Shown here: positions 18,931 through 28,644 of the stretch, in pieces
Numbering within the stretch: position 1 is the stretch's first letter
How the letters are laid out: the number at the start of each line of letters is the position of its first letter
From: Verrucomicrobiota bacterium
GTDB taxonomy: Bacteria > Verrucomicrobiota > Verrucomicrobiia > Limisphaerales > AAA164-E04
Direction: 5' to 3'
Length of the DNA stretch: 64,000 bases
NCBI GenBank assembly: GCA_047947115.1
Contig: CP170459.1
Coordinates: 2,240,001 to 2,304,000 of the forward strand
Translations under genes and position numbers: made by a program
The notes under the pieces: model-generated
Database searches by the model: none
Told to the model about the DNA's origin: nothing
The model's input: the letters and a program-made list of their open reading frames with translations, nothing else

Positions 18931-20910
18931 CTATTCGGCAATGAAAAACTTCGCACTGCCGTCCGGTTGGACCGTGTAAGGTGAACTGGCTCCGTCCACT
19001 TCCGTATAGGGGCCTGATGCAGAATCGGAGCTCTTGAGTGCTCCTTCAAATTCGATGACCACACTGCCATCCGAGAGGGCAATGGATTGGACCGATCCTG
19101 CCGTCTGTGGTTCCTCAATGCCTTTGTCCAGCAAAGCCTGCACTCCATTCTCATAGATGAAGGCGATGTCACCGTCTGACAACGGAACCCGGAACAGGGC
19201 GATGTCGTCGATGTTCCCGATGAAGTGAAAACCGTCACCAAAGTCCTGCCCCGCCCCTATGTTGAAAGGGGTGGAATTATTCGGTGTGATTTTACTGTTG
19301 CCTTCAGATACCAATGCTCCATTGACATAGAGTTTTTTGGTTTGAGTGGCATCGTCATAGGAAATGGTTACATGATCCCATGCGCCCAAATTGACTTCTG
19401 GTCCATCCAGGGTTTGCCACCCCCCGCCACCGCTGCCGCTCCAGAAAGTCCAGGAACCGGAAGGGTTGCTGTCATAGATCAGGTAACCGGTAGGAGGGTT
19501 GCCCTGTTCGTCACGGCTGGTCAGGGGGGAGTTCCAGGTTCCGGCGCCGCCTTCGGAGTTGGCCCAGAGTGACAGTGTGAAGGAAGGCGGATTGAGGTCT
19601 GGTGTGTGTTCGAATTGAATGACTGACTCCCCGTCCAGGTAGGCGGATGTTCCAGTGAAATCACGTGCCCCTGGATCGCCATAGAATGCCAGATCTTCAA
19701 CCGGTACATATTTGCCATCGGCCGATTCCCCGCCATCGTCCAGCGGCCAGAAGGCGACCAGCGGTGAAGGCTTGCTGGTTTTGTCCAGAGGATCGGTTCC
19801 GTTTTGAATTTCTGTATTGTCAGCAAAACCATCGCCATCGGTATCGGATTTCAGCGGATGGGTGCCAGGTCCGTCCGAACTAACCTCTTCTCCATCTGTC
19901 AATCCGTCGCCATCGGTGTCGGCGACCAGCGGGTTGGTGCCGGTGTTGGAGGCGTCGACATAGACTCCTGTGTTGGATTCTGCTTTGTCATTGAGTCCGT
20001 CTTCGTCCGTATCAGCCTTGGTGGGATCGGTGCCGAGTTCGGTGATTTCTACGATAGCGGTGAGTCCGTCCCCGTCCTTGTCGGAGTCGCTGTCCGCCAC
20101 GTCTGGATCCAATCCGAACTGTGCTTCATGATCATTCAGGATGCCATCACCGTCGCGGTCCGGGTTTTCGGGTTGGAATGAGGCGACACCGTCATTCATC
20201 ACGGATTGAATGTCGTTGGCGGATAGGGCTCCATCCCAAAGACCAATATCGTCGAGATCCCCCAGAAACCAGAACCCGTCGCCAAAATCTTGTCCGGCAC
20301 CGATGTTGAACGGCGTGGTGTCGTTCGGAGTAAGAGAATCATTTGACTCGGCGACCAGTTCACCGTCGACGAACAACTTTTTCGTCTTCAGCAGGTTGTC
20401 GTAGGTGATGGCGACATGCTGCCATTCCCCCAGCAGGACTTCCGGGCCATCCAGGGTCTGCCAATTGCCGGGGTCGCTTCCATTTCCGCTCCAGAACGTC
20501 CACGATCCGGTGGGGTTGCTGTCATAGACAAGGTATCCCTGACTGGTTTGTCCCTCGGCGTTGAGATCATGACGGCTGGTCACCGGAGAATTCCAAGTTC
20601 CTGAGCCACCTTCGGATCTTGCCCAAAAAGCGAGAGTGAAACTCTCGGGATTGAGATCGCTGCTCCAATCGTGGTGGATCACGCTGCTGGCTCCATTGAA
20701 ATAAGCTGATGTGCCCGTGTTCCCGTTAGCACCCGCTCCGCCGTACTCGACGTCCATTTCGTCACTGGCAACAAAGTTGCCATCCGCAGAATTTCCATCG
20801 GAATCCAATGGAAAGTGAGCCACCAGAGAAGCGGCGTGGCCATGGCTGATTCCTGATAAAACCGCCAGGATGGCGGCCTGTTTCAGCATTACATTCAGAG
20901 TGTTTTTCAT
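18931..20910 (-). CDS. Secreted protein with two LamG-like jellyroll domains and Ca-binding DxDxDG repeats
   Basis: Internal duplication (SEGGxGTWNSP...WQTLDGPEV...TPFNIGAGQDFGDGF twice) around DTDGDGL repeats; signal peptide from ATG 20910. Confidence 0.88.
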   Translation of the reverse strand: MKNTLNVMLKQAAILAVLSGISHGHAASLVAHFPLDSDGNSADGNFVASDEMDVEYGGAGANGNTGTSAYFNGASSVIHHDWSSDLNPESFTLAFWARSEGGSGTWNSPVTSRHDLNAEGQTSQGYLVYDSNPTGSWTFWSGNGSDPGNWQTLDGPEVLLGEWQHVAITYDNLLKTKKLFVDGELVAESNDSLTPNDTTPFNIGAGQDFGDGFWFLGDLDDIGLWDGALSANDIQSVMNDGVASFQPENPDRDGDGILNDHEAQFGLDPDVADSDSDKDGDGLTAIVEITELGTDPTKADTDEDGLNDKAESNTGVYVDASNTGTNPLVADTDGDGLTDGEEVSSDGPGTHPLKSDTDGDGFADNTEIQNGTDPLDKTSKPSPLVAFWPLDDGGESADGKYVPVEDLAFYGDPGARDFTGTSAYLDGESVIQFEHTPDLNPPSFTLSLWANSEGGAGTWNSPLTSRDEQGNPPTGYLIYDSNPSGSWTFWSGSGGGGWQTLDGPEVNLGAWDHVTISYDDATQTKKLYVNGALVSEGNSKITPNNSTPFNIGAGQDFGDGFHFIGNIDDIALFRVPLSDGDIAFIYENGVQALLDKGIEEPQTAGSVQSIALSDGSVVIEFEGALKSSDSASGPYTEVDGASSPYTVQPDGSAKFFIAE

Positions 20911-21060
20911 ATCAACTTTAAGCAATGATTCAACTGTCACTTCGAGCCAAGATGACTCAAAGACCTCTGAATGATAGTGGCTGCTCCCTGGTTCGGCAAG
21001 CTGCAAGGGGCAGTTGTCTTGAAACCTTGAGGTATGGATGTTGGGGGAAGGGCTTTGGAT

Positions 21061-22260
21061 TTAAACAGTTGGAGAAACATCCCGGATCACCACGGTGATC
21101 ATGGGGCCAGATTCCGTTTCCATGGTTTTGAAGTTCATTTCGGCATCAAATCTTTTTCCTTCCCGTGTGATGGCTTTCATTTTGAAACCTGACACTCCCA
21201 GATAATCCATGAAAACCTTTTCAAGATGATCCTCATTGTCCGCTGGGTTCGTTGTGCCATGACTTGTTGAGAGCAGCACATTGAAAGGTTTGCCGATCAA
21301 TTCGTCCTTGGGCCATCCGAAGATGATTTCTCCGTGATGATTCACATTGCTGATGGCACCCTTGGGATCGATCATCATCATGGCATCGGGAGCGAAATTA
21401 AAAAGGTCCTCAAGTAGCTTTTGACGTTTCAAAAGTTGTCGTTCGGTCCTCTCTTGTGTAGTCAGACTGTCATGCCAGTGTTTAACCATTTCGTTGAAAG
21501 TGCGTGCCAAATATCCCATTTCATTGTTGCCCGCATATGTAAAACGCACTGTTGTCCTGCCAGTTTGGATACGTTCCATGGTGGTTACGAGAGATTGTAA
21601 TGGTTTTATTACCAAATGGCACGCCACCCAGCACCCCAGTATGGCCAAACCTAACTGTACCATTCCCAGCATCGTGATCCATCTGCTTGATGACGTGATG
21701 GATTGGTGTACGGCTTGCTGGTTATGGGCGGATAGGGACATTGAATATCTCTGATATTCATGAAGTGTCGTGATGATTGCTTTCAGCTCGGGCAGTAAAC
21801 GGGTGTTGATGGTTTGAATTTTCATGTCCGAACTTTCATTGGGAAAAGTGGCCAGAAAGTGTTTGTAATTGGATGAAAACGACTTCCAGATCGATTGTGC
21901 CGAATTGAATATCGTGATGAGATTAGATTCCTGTGCTGCTGTATCCGTGTTTTTAGTCGGCTCAATCAATTTGGAGAGTTTATCAAAATGACCCTCGATT
22001 TCATGGATCAGCTGTTCCGGGGTAAGGTCCGGCATGATGTTGATCGCGTTGGGGGAACCTTCCGACAATAGGTAGATGCCAATGTCCTCCAGATGGTAGA
22101 GAATCGCATGGGTTTCATCGAACGATTTGATCACAAAATCTTTGGTTAATATTGAGGAAACGTCGATTCGAGAAAAGATACGCAACGTGCTCATGCTGAT
22201 GCCGAACGATATCAGGCCGATAGCAAGAAAGGAGGTAGTGATGGTTGAGCGGATCTGCAT
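21061..22260 (-). CDS. Membrane sensor (2 TM, HAMP, PAS) without an output domain
   Basis: Two TM helices; PL..L...NEMGYLARTFNEMV (HAMP); APDAMMMID...IFGWPKDELIG...VIRDVS (PAS), then stop. Confidence 0.82.
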   Translation of the reverse strand: MQIRSTITTSFLAIGLISFGISMSTLRIFSRIDVSSILTKDFVIKSFDETHAILYHLEDIGIYLLSEGSPNAINIMPDLTPEQLIHEIEGHFDKLSKLIEPTKNTDTAAQESNLITIFNSAQSIWKSFSSNYKHFLATFPNESSDMKIQTINTRLLPELKAIITTLHEYQRYSMSLSAHNQQAVHQSITSSSRWITMLGMVQLGLAILGCWVACHLVIKPLQSLVTTMERIQTGRTTVRFTYAGNNEMGYLARTFNEMVKHWHDSLTTQERTERQLLKRQKLLEDLFNFAPDAMMMIDPKGAISNVNHHGEIIFGWPKDELIGKPFNVLLSTSHGTTNPADNEDHLEKVFMDYLGVSGFKMKAITREGKRFDAEMNFKTMETESGPMITVVIRDVSPTV

Positions 22261-22402
22261 TGGATACCAAGACTATGACTCTAATAGACTAGTTTATTGC
22301 GGCGGAAATTCGATAAAAAATTAAAATTATTTACGATTGTGACATTACCATGAAATCTTGACTGCAAAAGAGCAAAAGCTGAACTCAGCTTTAAGGATAA
22401 AG

Positions 22403-22645
22403 CTATTTGGAGTTACGCTGATCCAAAGCGAGGGATGTGCCGTGGTGGGGACTTTCAGTCGAGGCCAACGGCTTTGCTTTGCACATCCTGTAGGGGTAGT
22501 TTTGGTATTCGTGTCCCTGGTCTCCAATCGTAAATTGGCTACCCTGTTCGGATACAACCAGTTCCCCAATCTGTGGATGATTGCTGACCGCTGCGTGAAA
22601 TACTTGCCCATCGGTAGTATGTAATTCGATTTTTATAGTCATCAT
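22403..22645 (-). CDS. Possible small hypothetical protein
   Basis: 80-aa ATG-started ORF in an otherwise empty 670-bp gap; no recognisable motif. Confidence 0.3.
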   Translation of the reverse strand: MMTIKIELHTTDGQVFHAAVSNHPQIGELVVSEQGSQFTIGDQGHEYQNYPYRMCKAKPLASTESPHHGTSLALDQRNSK

Positions 22646-22934
22646 ATTTGGTTGTGATCTGAATGATTGTTTGTTCCGCCATAGCAGAAATCCCATTTCA
22701 AAAGGAGAAATCCGATGCATGGTTTCATGGCATGATTCGCGTGGATCGTGGGGCTGCAGCCATAACCCATGACTGATAAATCAATTACACATACAAGACC
22801 GTTCTGAATTGCCTCAGATCGCTCTTACCTGTCAACCGTGTCGTAAAACCGATACGAAGTCCTCCTTCCTATATATGCGTGAAAAACGACACAACGAGGT
22901 CAAATTTTTTTTTGTTTTTTAGATAGTCATAAGA

Positions 22935-24449
22935 TTAAGCCTTGCGGGAAATGAGCAGGAGACCAAGAAAAGTCAGGGCACCGTTGTAAATGAGGATTTC
23001 AAAACCGATCGCTGCTCCAAACCATTTGGAGGCATTCCAGTTAATGATAAAGCTGATGATGGCTGCGCTCACACACACGATGGCAACCCAACGGTCGTAG
23101 ACCCTTCGTTTGGTGAACAACCCAAATCCATATAGACCGAGCAGTGGACCGTAGGTGAATCCTGCTGCTTTGAAGATTTGGGCAATCACAGCTTCATTGT
23201 TCAAACTTTTGAAGATGAGAATGACCAGGAAAATCAAGACAGAAAATCCCAATTGAACCTGTTGCCGCCGACGTTGCTGAGATGCTTCTTCGGATGGAAC
23301 TTGTGTGTCCTTGGAAATGCCCAGGAAGTCTACACAAAAACTTGTGGTCAACGCCGCGAGGGCGGAATCCGCGGAAGAATAGGCCGCTGCGACCAGTCCC
23401 AAAATAAAAAGGATACCCACCGTTCCGGGTAGATAATCAATGGCGAGAACCGGGAACAGGTAGTCCGTGCCACGTGCCATCATCTCTCCACTGACGCTGT
23501 CCTTGATCAGTAGCTGAAAGTTGCCGCCCACTGTGGATTCTTCTATCAGTCCCTTTTGATTTCCGTAGAGGTACAGTAGTGCACCCAGCGTGAGGAAGGC
23601 CAGATTGACCAAAATCAGCACGGTGCTGAAACTGAAAATATTGAGTTGAGCCTCCCTGAGGTTACGGCAAGTCAGGTTTTTCTGCATCATGTCCTGATCC
23701 AATCCCGTCATGACGATGGCGATAAAGGCGCCGCTCATGAGTTGCATGAAGAAGTTTTGAGGGCCTGCATTCCAGAAAAATACCTGGCTGTATCGGCTTT
23801 CACTTACCGCTTCAACCATTCCGCCCGGGTTCAGGTCAAGATGGCCGGCTATCCACCAAACGGTGAGGGTTACCGATGCCAGCATGCAAAAGGTTTGCAG
23901 CGTATCCGTCCAGACCACCGTTTTGATCCCTCCTCGATAGGTGTAAATAAAGATGAGTATGATGGATATCGCCACAGGTACCGCGAAGGGAATGGTTATT
24001 CCGAATTTTTGCAGAATGAATTGGAACACAATGGCTACCAAATATAATCGGAATGAAGCTCCAATGGTGCGGGAGAGCAGGAAAAAGGCTGCTCCCGTTT
24101 TGTAAGAAACTCCTCCAAATCTCGACTCCAGATATCCGTAAATCGAAGTCAACTGCATACGGTAATACAGAGGCATCAGGACCAGTGCGATGAACGCGTA
24201 ACCGATCAGATAACCAAGTACCATTTGCATATAGGAGAACTGGCTGGTGGCTACCCAACCTGGGACTGATATAAATGTGACGCCCGACAGCGACGCTCCG
24301 ATCATGCCAAAAGCCACAAGATACCAGGGAGAAGCACGGTTGCCTGTAAAGTAGGTGGCATTGTTGGCGTTTCGACCGGTTCTCAATGAGATGAGAAACA
24401 GAATGCAAAAATAAGCTGCAACAACAATAAGTATCAGAATGGGTGACAT
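22935..24449 (-). CDS. Sodium:solute symporter family protein
   Basis: GASLSGVTFISVPG, GGIKTVVWTD and AAAYSSADS motifs; multiple TM helices. Confidence 0.93.
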   Translation of the reverse strand: MSPILILIVVAAYFCILFLISLRTGRNANNATYFTGNRASPWYLVAFGMIGASLSGVTFISVPGWVATSQFSYMQMVLGYLIGYAFIALVLMPLYYRMQLTSIYGYLESRFGGVSYKTGAAFFLLSRTIGASFRLYLVAIVFQFILQKFGITIPFAVPVAISIILIFIYTYRGGIKTVVWTDTLQTFCMLASVTLTVWWIAGHLDLNPGGMVEAVSESRYSQVFFWNAGPQNFFMQLMSGAFIAIVMTGLDQDMMQKNLTCRNLREAQLNIFSFSTVLILVNLAFLTLGALLYLYGNQKGLIEESTVGGNFQLLIKDSVSGEMMARGTDYLFPVLAIDYLPGTVGILFILGLVAAAYSSADSALAALTTSFCVDFLGISKDTQVPSEEASQQRRRQQVQLGFSVLIFLVILIFKSLNNEAVIAQIFKAAGFTYGPLLGLYGFGLFTKRRVYDRWVAIVCVSAAIISFIINWNASKWFGAAIGFEILIYNGALTFLGLLLISRKA

Positions 24450-24486
24450 GAATCGTGTTCTTTTCAGAATTTAATCAAAAGTCCAT

Positions 24487-25758
24487 TCAAGACCTTGAAT
24501 GACATGGCGTCAATGGCAGTTGAAAGGACTGGATGCTCGGTGGTAAATGAATGCTCCCCCCTATACATGGCTGCTTGGCCCCGGTGACAGAAGTCAACGT
24601 GTTGGGTCTGCCAAGCAGGGTTTGCAGGCCAAGAAACGCGAAGATCATGGCCTCCTTGTAATCCGTCAGCATTGGATCTGTGCTGACTTGGAGGTGGTTG
24701 CCAGCTTCCTTGAGTTTTTTTTGAATCAATTGAACAAGGTGTGAGTTATGAACTCCTCCTCCACTGACCAGCAGTGAATCCTGATCTGACCTGGATGCAT
24801 GAATCGAAAGCGCATGGACCAACCGGTTTGCGATGTGTTCGCTGTAGGTTGCCAATTTGTCTTGCCATGATCCTCCTTCATTTTCCAACAAAGGCAGGAT
24901 GATTGATTCGAACCATTCCTTTCCCAGGCTTTTGGGGGGAGGGGATTGATACCAGTCAATGCCTTCCAGAGAGCTGAGCAGAGTCGGGATGATATGACCC
25001 GACGCCGCATGCCTTCCATCCGGATCATAGCCCAGTTCAGGCGAAAGTTTTTCCGCCATCCAATTGAGTGCCATGTTGCAAACGCAGACATCGAATGCCC
25101 GATCTCCGCAGGTCAGGTTTGCAATGCCTCCCAGATTCAGAAAAAGTTGTCCGGAAGGAAACAACAGCCTCTCACCGAAGGGGACCAATGGGGCACCCTG
25201 ACCTCCCAATGCAATGTCCTTGTTTCGAAACTGGGTTACCAGGGGAACTTGCAGATAGGATGCCATTGTTTCTCCGTCTCCAATTTGTGTTGTGAACGTG
25301 TTCTCGGGTTGGTGAAAGATTGTCTGTCCGTGACTGGCGACAAATTGAGGATTCATTCCGGCATCTTGAATGAATGCTCTTACACTGGAACCGAGAAAGT
25401 GCCCGAATTCAACATCCGTCCGAGCGAATAGCATGGCACTTTGGGTGTCCAGGAATTTTAGTTTTCCAGTCCAGTCCTTCGTAAAAGGGAGCGTTGTAGC
25501 TTTCAGGATTTCATACGACCAATTGTTGGGATGGCTTTTTTCTGCATCTTCAGTCGTTGGGCATTCCGTGAACCGACAAAAAGCCAGATCGACACCGTCC
25601 ATGGAGGTTCCGGACATAAGGCCGATGCCTTCGTAGATGTTGATGGGTGGATTTTGAATGGTGGAATTTGAGATAATGGTGATTGGGTAAGGTTGCCGGC
25701 TTCCCTTTGGGCGCCATTTGAGATTTGTGGACCACAAGGGTTGCGCGTCGGGGACCAC
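24487..25758 (-). CDS. anmK: Anhydro-N-acetylmuramic acid kinase
   Basis: GLMSGTSMDGVD, SHGQTIFH, GGQGAPLVP, LNLGGIAN and KEAMIFAFL motifs. Start uncertain. Confidence 0.94.
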   Translation of the reverse strand: MVPDAQPLWSTNLKWRPKGSRQPYPITIISNSTIQNPPINIYEGIGLMSGTSMDGVDLAFCRFTECPTTEDAEKSHPNNWSYEILKATTLPFTKDWTGKLKFLDTQSAMLFARTDVEFGHFLGSSVRAFIQDAGMNPQFVASHGQTIFHQPENTFTTQIGDGETMASYLQVPLVTQFRNKDIALGGQGAPLVPFGERLLFPSGQLFLNLGGIANLTCGDRAFDVCVCNMALNWMAEKLSPELGYDPDGRHAASGHIIPTLLSSLEGIDWYQSPPPKSLGKEWFESIILPLLENEGGSWQDKLATYSEHIANRLVHALSIHASRSDQDSLLVSGGGVHNSHLVQLIQKKLKEAGNHLQVSTDPMLTDYKEAMIFAFLGLQTLLGRPNTLTSVTGAKQPCIGGSIHLPPSIQSFQLPLTPCHSRS

Positions 25759-25785
25759 ACGCTCTACCTTTTGTTGGCTTCAGGG

Positions 25786-26661
25786 TTATTGGATCAGGGG
25801 ATCGAGGAACTTGTAGACTTCCTGTGTCACCGGATCATTCGGATCGCCGATGTCATTGTTCAATTGACTGTGGTTGGTGTTGCTTTTGCCGACAGCTTTG
25901 GCTGCGATGCCTGCCTGGCGCAGACTTCGTTCAAGAAGCCGAGCCTGGGCGTTGGTGTCGGGATTCCCAGAAAAATAGAGGATAAGAAAGGGGGGAATAT
26001 GTTTGTCTTTTGCAACATGAGTCACGGCTGAAAAATTCACGTGTTTGTCCGGATCATTTCCAAATTTCTGGCGGTGCCCGAAGGTGAACATTTTTCCGCC
26101 GTACAAGGTTTGGCGATGTTCCGCAGTCATGATGATTTTGGGAATGTCATAGGTGTCGCCATCCACCGGTATGCATCCTTTCAGGCTTTCGAAGGAAACA
26201 CCTTCTTGCTTCAGGTAACGGTCATCGATACAGATCAATGCCGCAAGTTGAGCCCCCGCGGAATGTCCTCCGACAATGATGCGGTTCGGATCGCCACCGT
26301 ACCGGGCAATGTTTCGATGAATCCACCCGAGAGACCTGGCCACGTCTGTGATTAACGTCTCCATATCCACTTCCGGCAACAATCGATAATTGGTGGATAC
26401 CATGATGCAGCCTTTTTCTGTGAATGATTTTGGTTTCAGCGCCACGTCACTTTTGTCTCCAACCACCCAACCGCCTCCGTGAATCCAGAATACAACCGGC
26501 AGTTTGTCCTCCGACTTTGATTCGGGTGTGTAAATATCCAGCACATGGCGCTCGTGGCCGGACTGGGTGTAGGCTACATTGGATGTCAGTTCCTGAGAGA
26601 AAAGGTGAGGTTGAAGGCTCAGAAAGATGAGCTGCAGTAAATGAATCCTGTTCAATTTCAT
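25786..26661 (-). CDS. Alpha/beta hydrolase (esterase/lipase-like)
   Basis: HGGGW, GHSAG and C-terminal NHS motifs; signal-like N-terminus from ATG 26661. Confidence 0.9.
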   Translation of the reverse strand: MKLNRIHLLQLIFLSLQPHLFSQELTSNVAYTQSGHERHVLDIYTPESKSEDKLPVVFWIHGGGWVVGDKSDVALKPKSFTEKGCIMVSTNYRLLPEVDMETLITDVARSLGWIHRNIARYGGDPNRIIVGGHSAGAQLAALICIDDRYLKQEGVSFESLKGCIPVDGDTYDIPKIIMTAEHRQTLYGGKMFTFGHRQKFGNDPDKHVNFSAVTHVAKDKHIPPFLILYFSGNPDTNAQARLLERSLRQAGIAAKAVGKSNTNHSQLNNDIGDPNDPVTQEVYKFLDPLIQ

Positions 26662-26733
26662 AACTCGGCTTAACACGTGCTCGGATGCTACAGGATTCCC
26701 GCTGTTCATAGCCACTCAAATTAAACGCAAAAT

Positions 26734-26766
26734 AGACCAGATCTCGCACTGCGCGAGATCTGGTCT
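26734..26766. terminator. Hairpin, probable terminator of the porin gene
   Basis: AGACCAGATCTCGC-N5-GCGAGATCTGGTCT perfect 14-bp stem with flanking A/T tracts. Confidence 0.8.
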
Positions 26767-26792
26767 TTTCCTTGGTCGTCTACGGTTTCTTT

Positions 26793-28079
26793 CTAGAAAT
26801 TAAATGCTGCTTGCAACCAGTAGCGTGTGCGGCCCGCTCTACCGTCGTCTCCGTCTTGATAGAGTGCTGCCTTGGCGAGGAGACTGAAGTATTTGCCCAG
26901 CTTTTTGGTGGCAAGAATATTGACTTCGTTACCATAGTCGTTGCCTCCATCTTCTGCTGAAAAATCGTGATAAAGGATTTTCAATGGAACCCCACCCGGT
27001 AGATTGTAACCAATCCAGGCATACATGTCTTCAAGACCATCTGCCGGCGTTGCAAGGAATGCATCCGCCCAGCCATTAAAAGCATGCGCCGTGGCAAGCG
27101 GAGTTGAAAACCCGATGGTCCCGTTATCGCTTGCCAAAACTTCATACCCGAGCCCGAAGTTGAATTTCTTGTAAAATCCTCCTGCATTCAGGTGGTAATA
27201 CGGAGCGGAGTAGTCGATGGGATTATCCCCATAGTCTGATTGCATCGCAAATTCGGCTTTGTAAGATGCCGCCCACGCATCATTGATCGTATATTTTCCA
27301 TCCAGACTTGCACCAAAGGTTGAGGACGAGAGTGCCAGCGCGTCCGGTAAATCGAGTAAATAACCGTATCCGGTCAATTTGCCGGGTTTTCCCAGATCAT
27401 AGGCAACGTGAAATATGTGCGAATCGGAATCCCAGTTGCCCGCCGGATGGTCATCCCCAAAAATCCGGTGAATCCGGAACAAATAGGCATAGAACAGTTC
27501 CGTTTTGGGAATCAGACTGGTGTTTTTCAAGCTCACCGCGTCGAAAGTTTGTTCATTCTGGCGCCAGATAACGTTTCCAACAAATCGAGCGTTATCCAGA
27601 ACAATACGCTGGCGACCAAACTTGACGGTGGTATCCATTTTTTCGTACGACAACCAGGCGCGATTCACTTCGGTGGCTTCTGGATCCGCAATAACAGACT
27701 TTGTAGCGGAGTTAGGATTGAGTCCTGCCGGATTGTAATTGTCTTCATCAATAAGACTGGTCACATTTTCAAACTCGAGCATGGACTTGAATCCTGACAG
27801 GTTTCCGGTGGTGTATCCAAGACGCGTTCTCAGGGTGAGCGCGTTCGATTCTGCCGGATCCGGTCCCCCGCCGAAAGAATCGATATCTGCATATTCATAG
27901 CGGAGATTGGAATTCACGTTGACCTTACCCTCGGTCAAGAATGCGGGCAATTTGTCCTTGAACCAGGAGGGGGAGTCTTTCGTTTCCTCAGCCCTTGTTT
28001 GGACTATCGTCGCACAAGCAATAGCCAGCAAGGCATGAACTCGGTTCGAGTATTTTGGGTGTTTGTTCAGGTTGTTCAT
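26793..28079 (-). CDS. Alginate-export-family outer-membrane beta-barrel
   Basis: GRQRIVLDNARFVGNVIWRQNEQTFDA and FSTPLATAHAFNGWAD motifs, C-terminal Phe, signal peptide. Confidence 0.88.
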   Translation of the reverse strand: MNNLNKHPKYSNRVHALLAIACATIVQTRAEETKDSPSWFKDKLPAFLTEGKVNVNSNLRYEYADIDSFGGGPDPAESNALTLRTRLGYTTGNLSGFKSMLEFENVTSLIDEDNYNPAGLNPNSATKSVIADPEATEVNRAWLSYEKMDTTVKFGRQRIVLDNARFVGNVIWRQNEQTFDAVSLKNTSLIPKTELFYAYLFRIHRIFGDDHPAGNWDSDSHIFHVAYDLGKPGKLTGYGYLLDLPDALALSSSTFGASLDGKYTINDAWAASYKAEFAMQSDYGDNPIDYSAPYYHLNAGGFYKKFNFGLGYEVLASDNGTIGFSTPLATAHAFNGWADAFLATPADGLEDMYAWIGYNLPGGVPLKILYHDFSAEDGGNDYGNEVNILATKKLGKYFSLLAKAALYQDGDDGRAGRTRYWLQAAFNF

Positions 28080-28212
28080 CAGTTTTCAATTTCTAGGATT
28101 CGGGTTCAGAAGTCTTTGCATCACGCCCCGCCAATGCCCAGGTGATTTCAGGATTGGTGAAACCGTGATGTCTTCAGACAGTTTTTGTCCCTTCATCGGA
28201 CATTTCAACGCG

Positions 28213-28228
28213 AGCACTGGCAATGCCA
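28213..28228 (-). promoter_or_regulatory. Candidate sigma-54 -24/-12 promoter for the porin gene
   Basis: Minus strand reads TGGCAT-TGCCA-GTGCT, with correct GG-N10-GC spacing. Confidence 0.4.
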
Positions 28229-28644
28229 GAACCTTATGATTGATTATAAGGTGCATGAATCGTTTGCATGAATGGAATGAAGGAATTGCATGGATCCCCT
28301 AAAGGTATGGTGGCTTGCGGTTCGGCAGTTATAGCATACGTGGTGATGTCTTGGATCAGAAGCATCATGGGCCTGTGCAATGGAAACTCCCCTCTGTCGA
28401 ACTGATTATAGGACGGAACCGATGTCGCATTTTTTATGAACTGTCTCCTTTTATACAGGTTCGTGAAAAGAATGGAGCAAAAGACGAAGCCGGTCGTAAT
28501 GGTTCTCGATCAGAAAAGAGTTTGATTGATGCAGACCACTTATTAATACTCACTGTCATCCAATTCACTTTAAATCCGGCTGAGATGAGACGCGGAGCAA
28601 ACGTGCTGATGAGGCATCTGTTGGTTTTGAATTTAGTATTGAAT

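Noticed and set aside
28315..28644. Long N-terminal extension of the haem c dehydrogenase
   Set aside because: TTG start with no recognisable motifs; the signal peptide begins near 28645.
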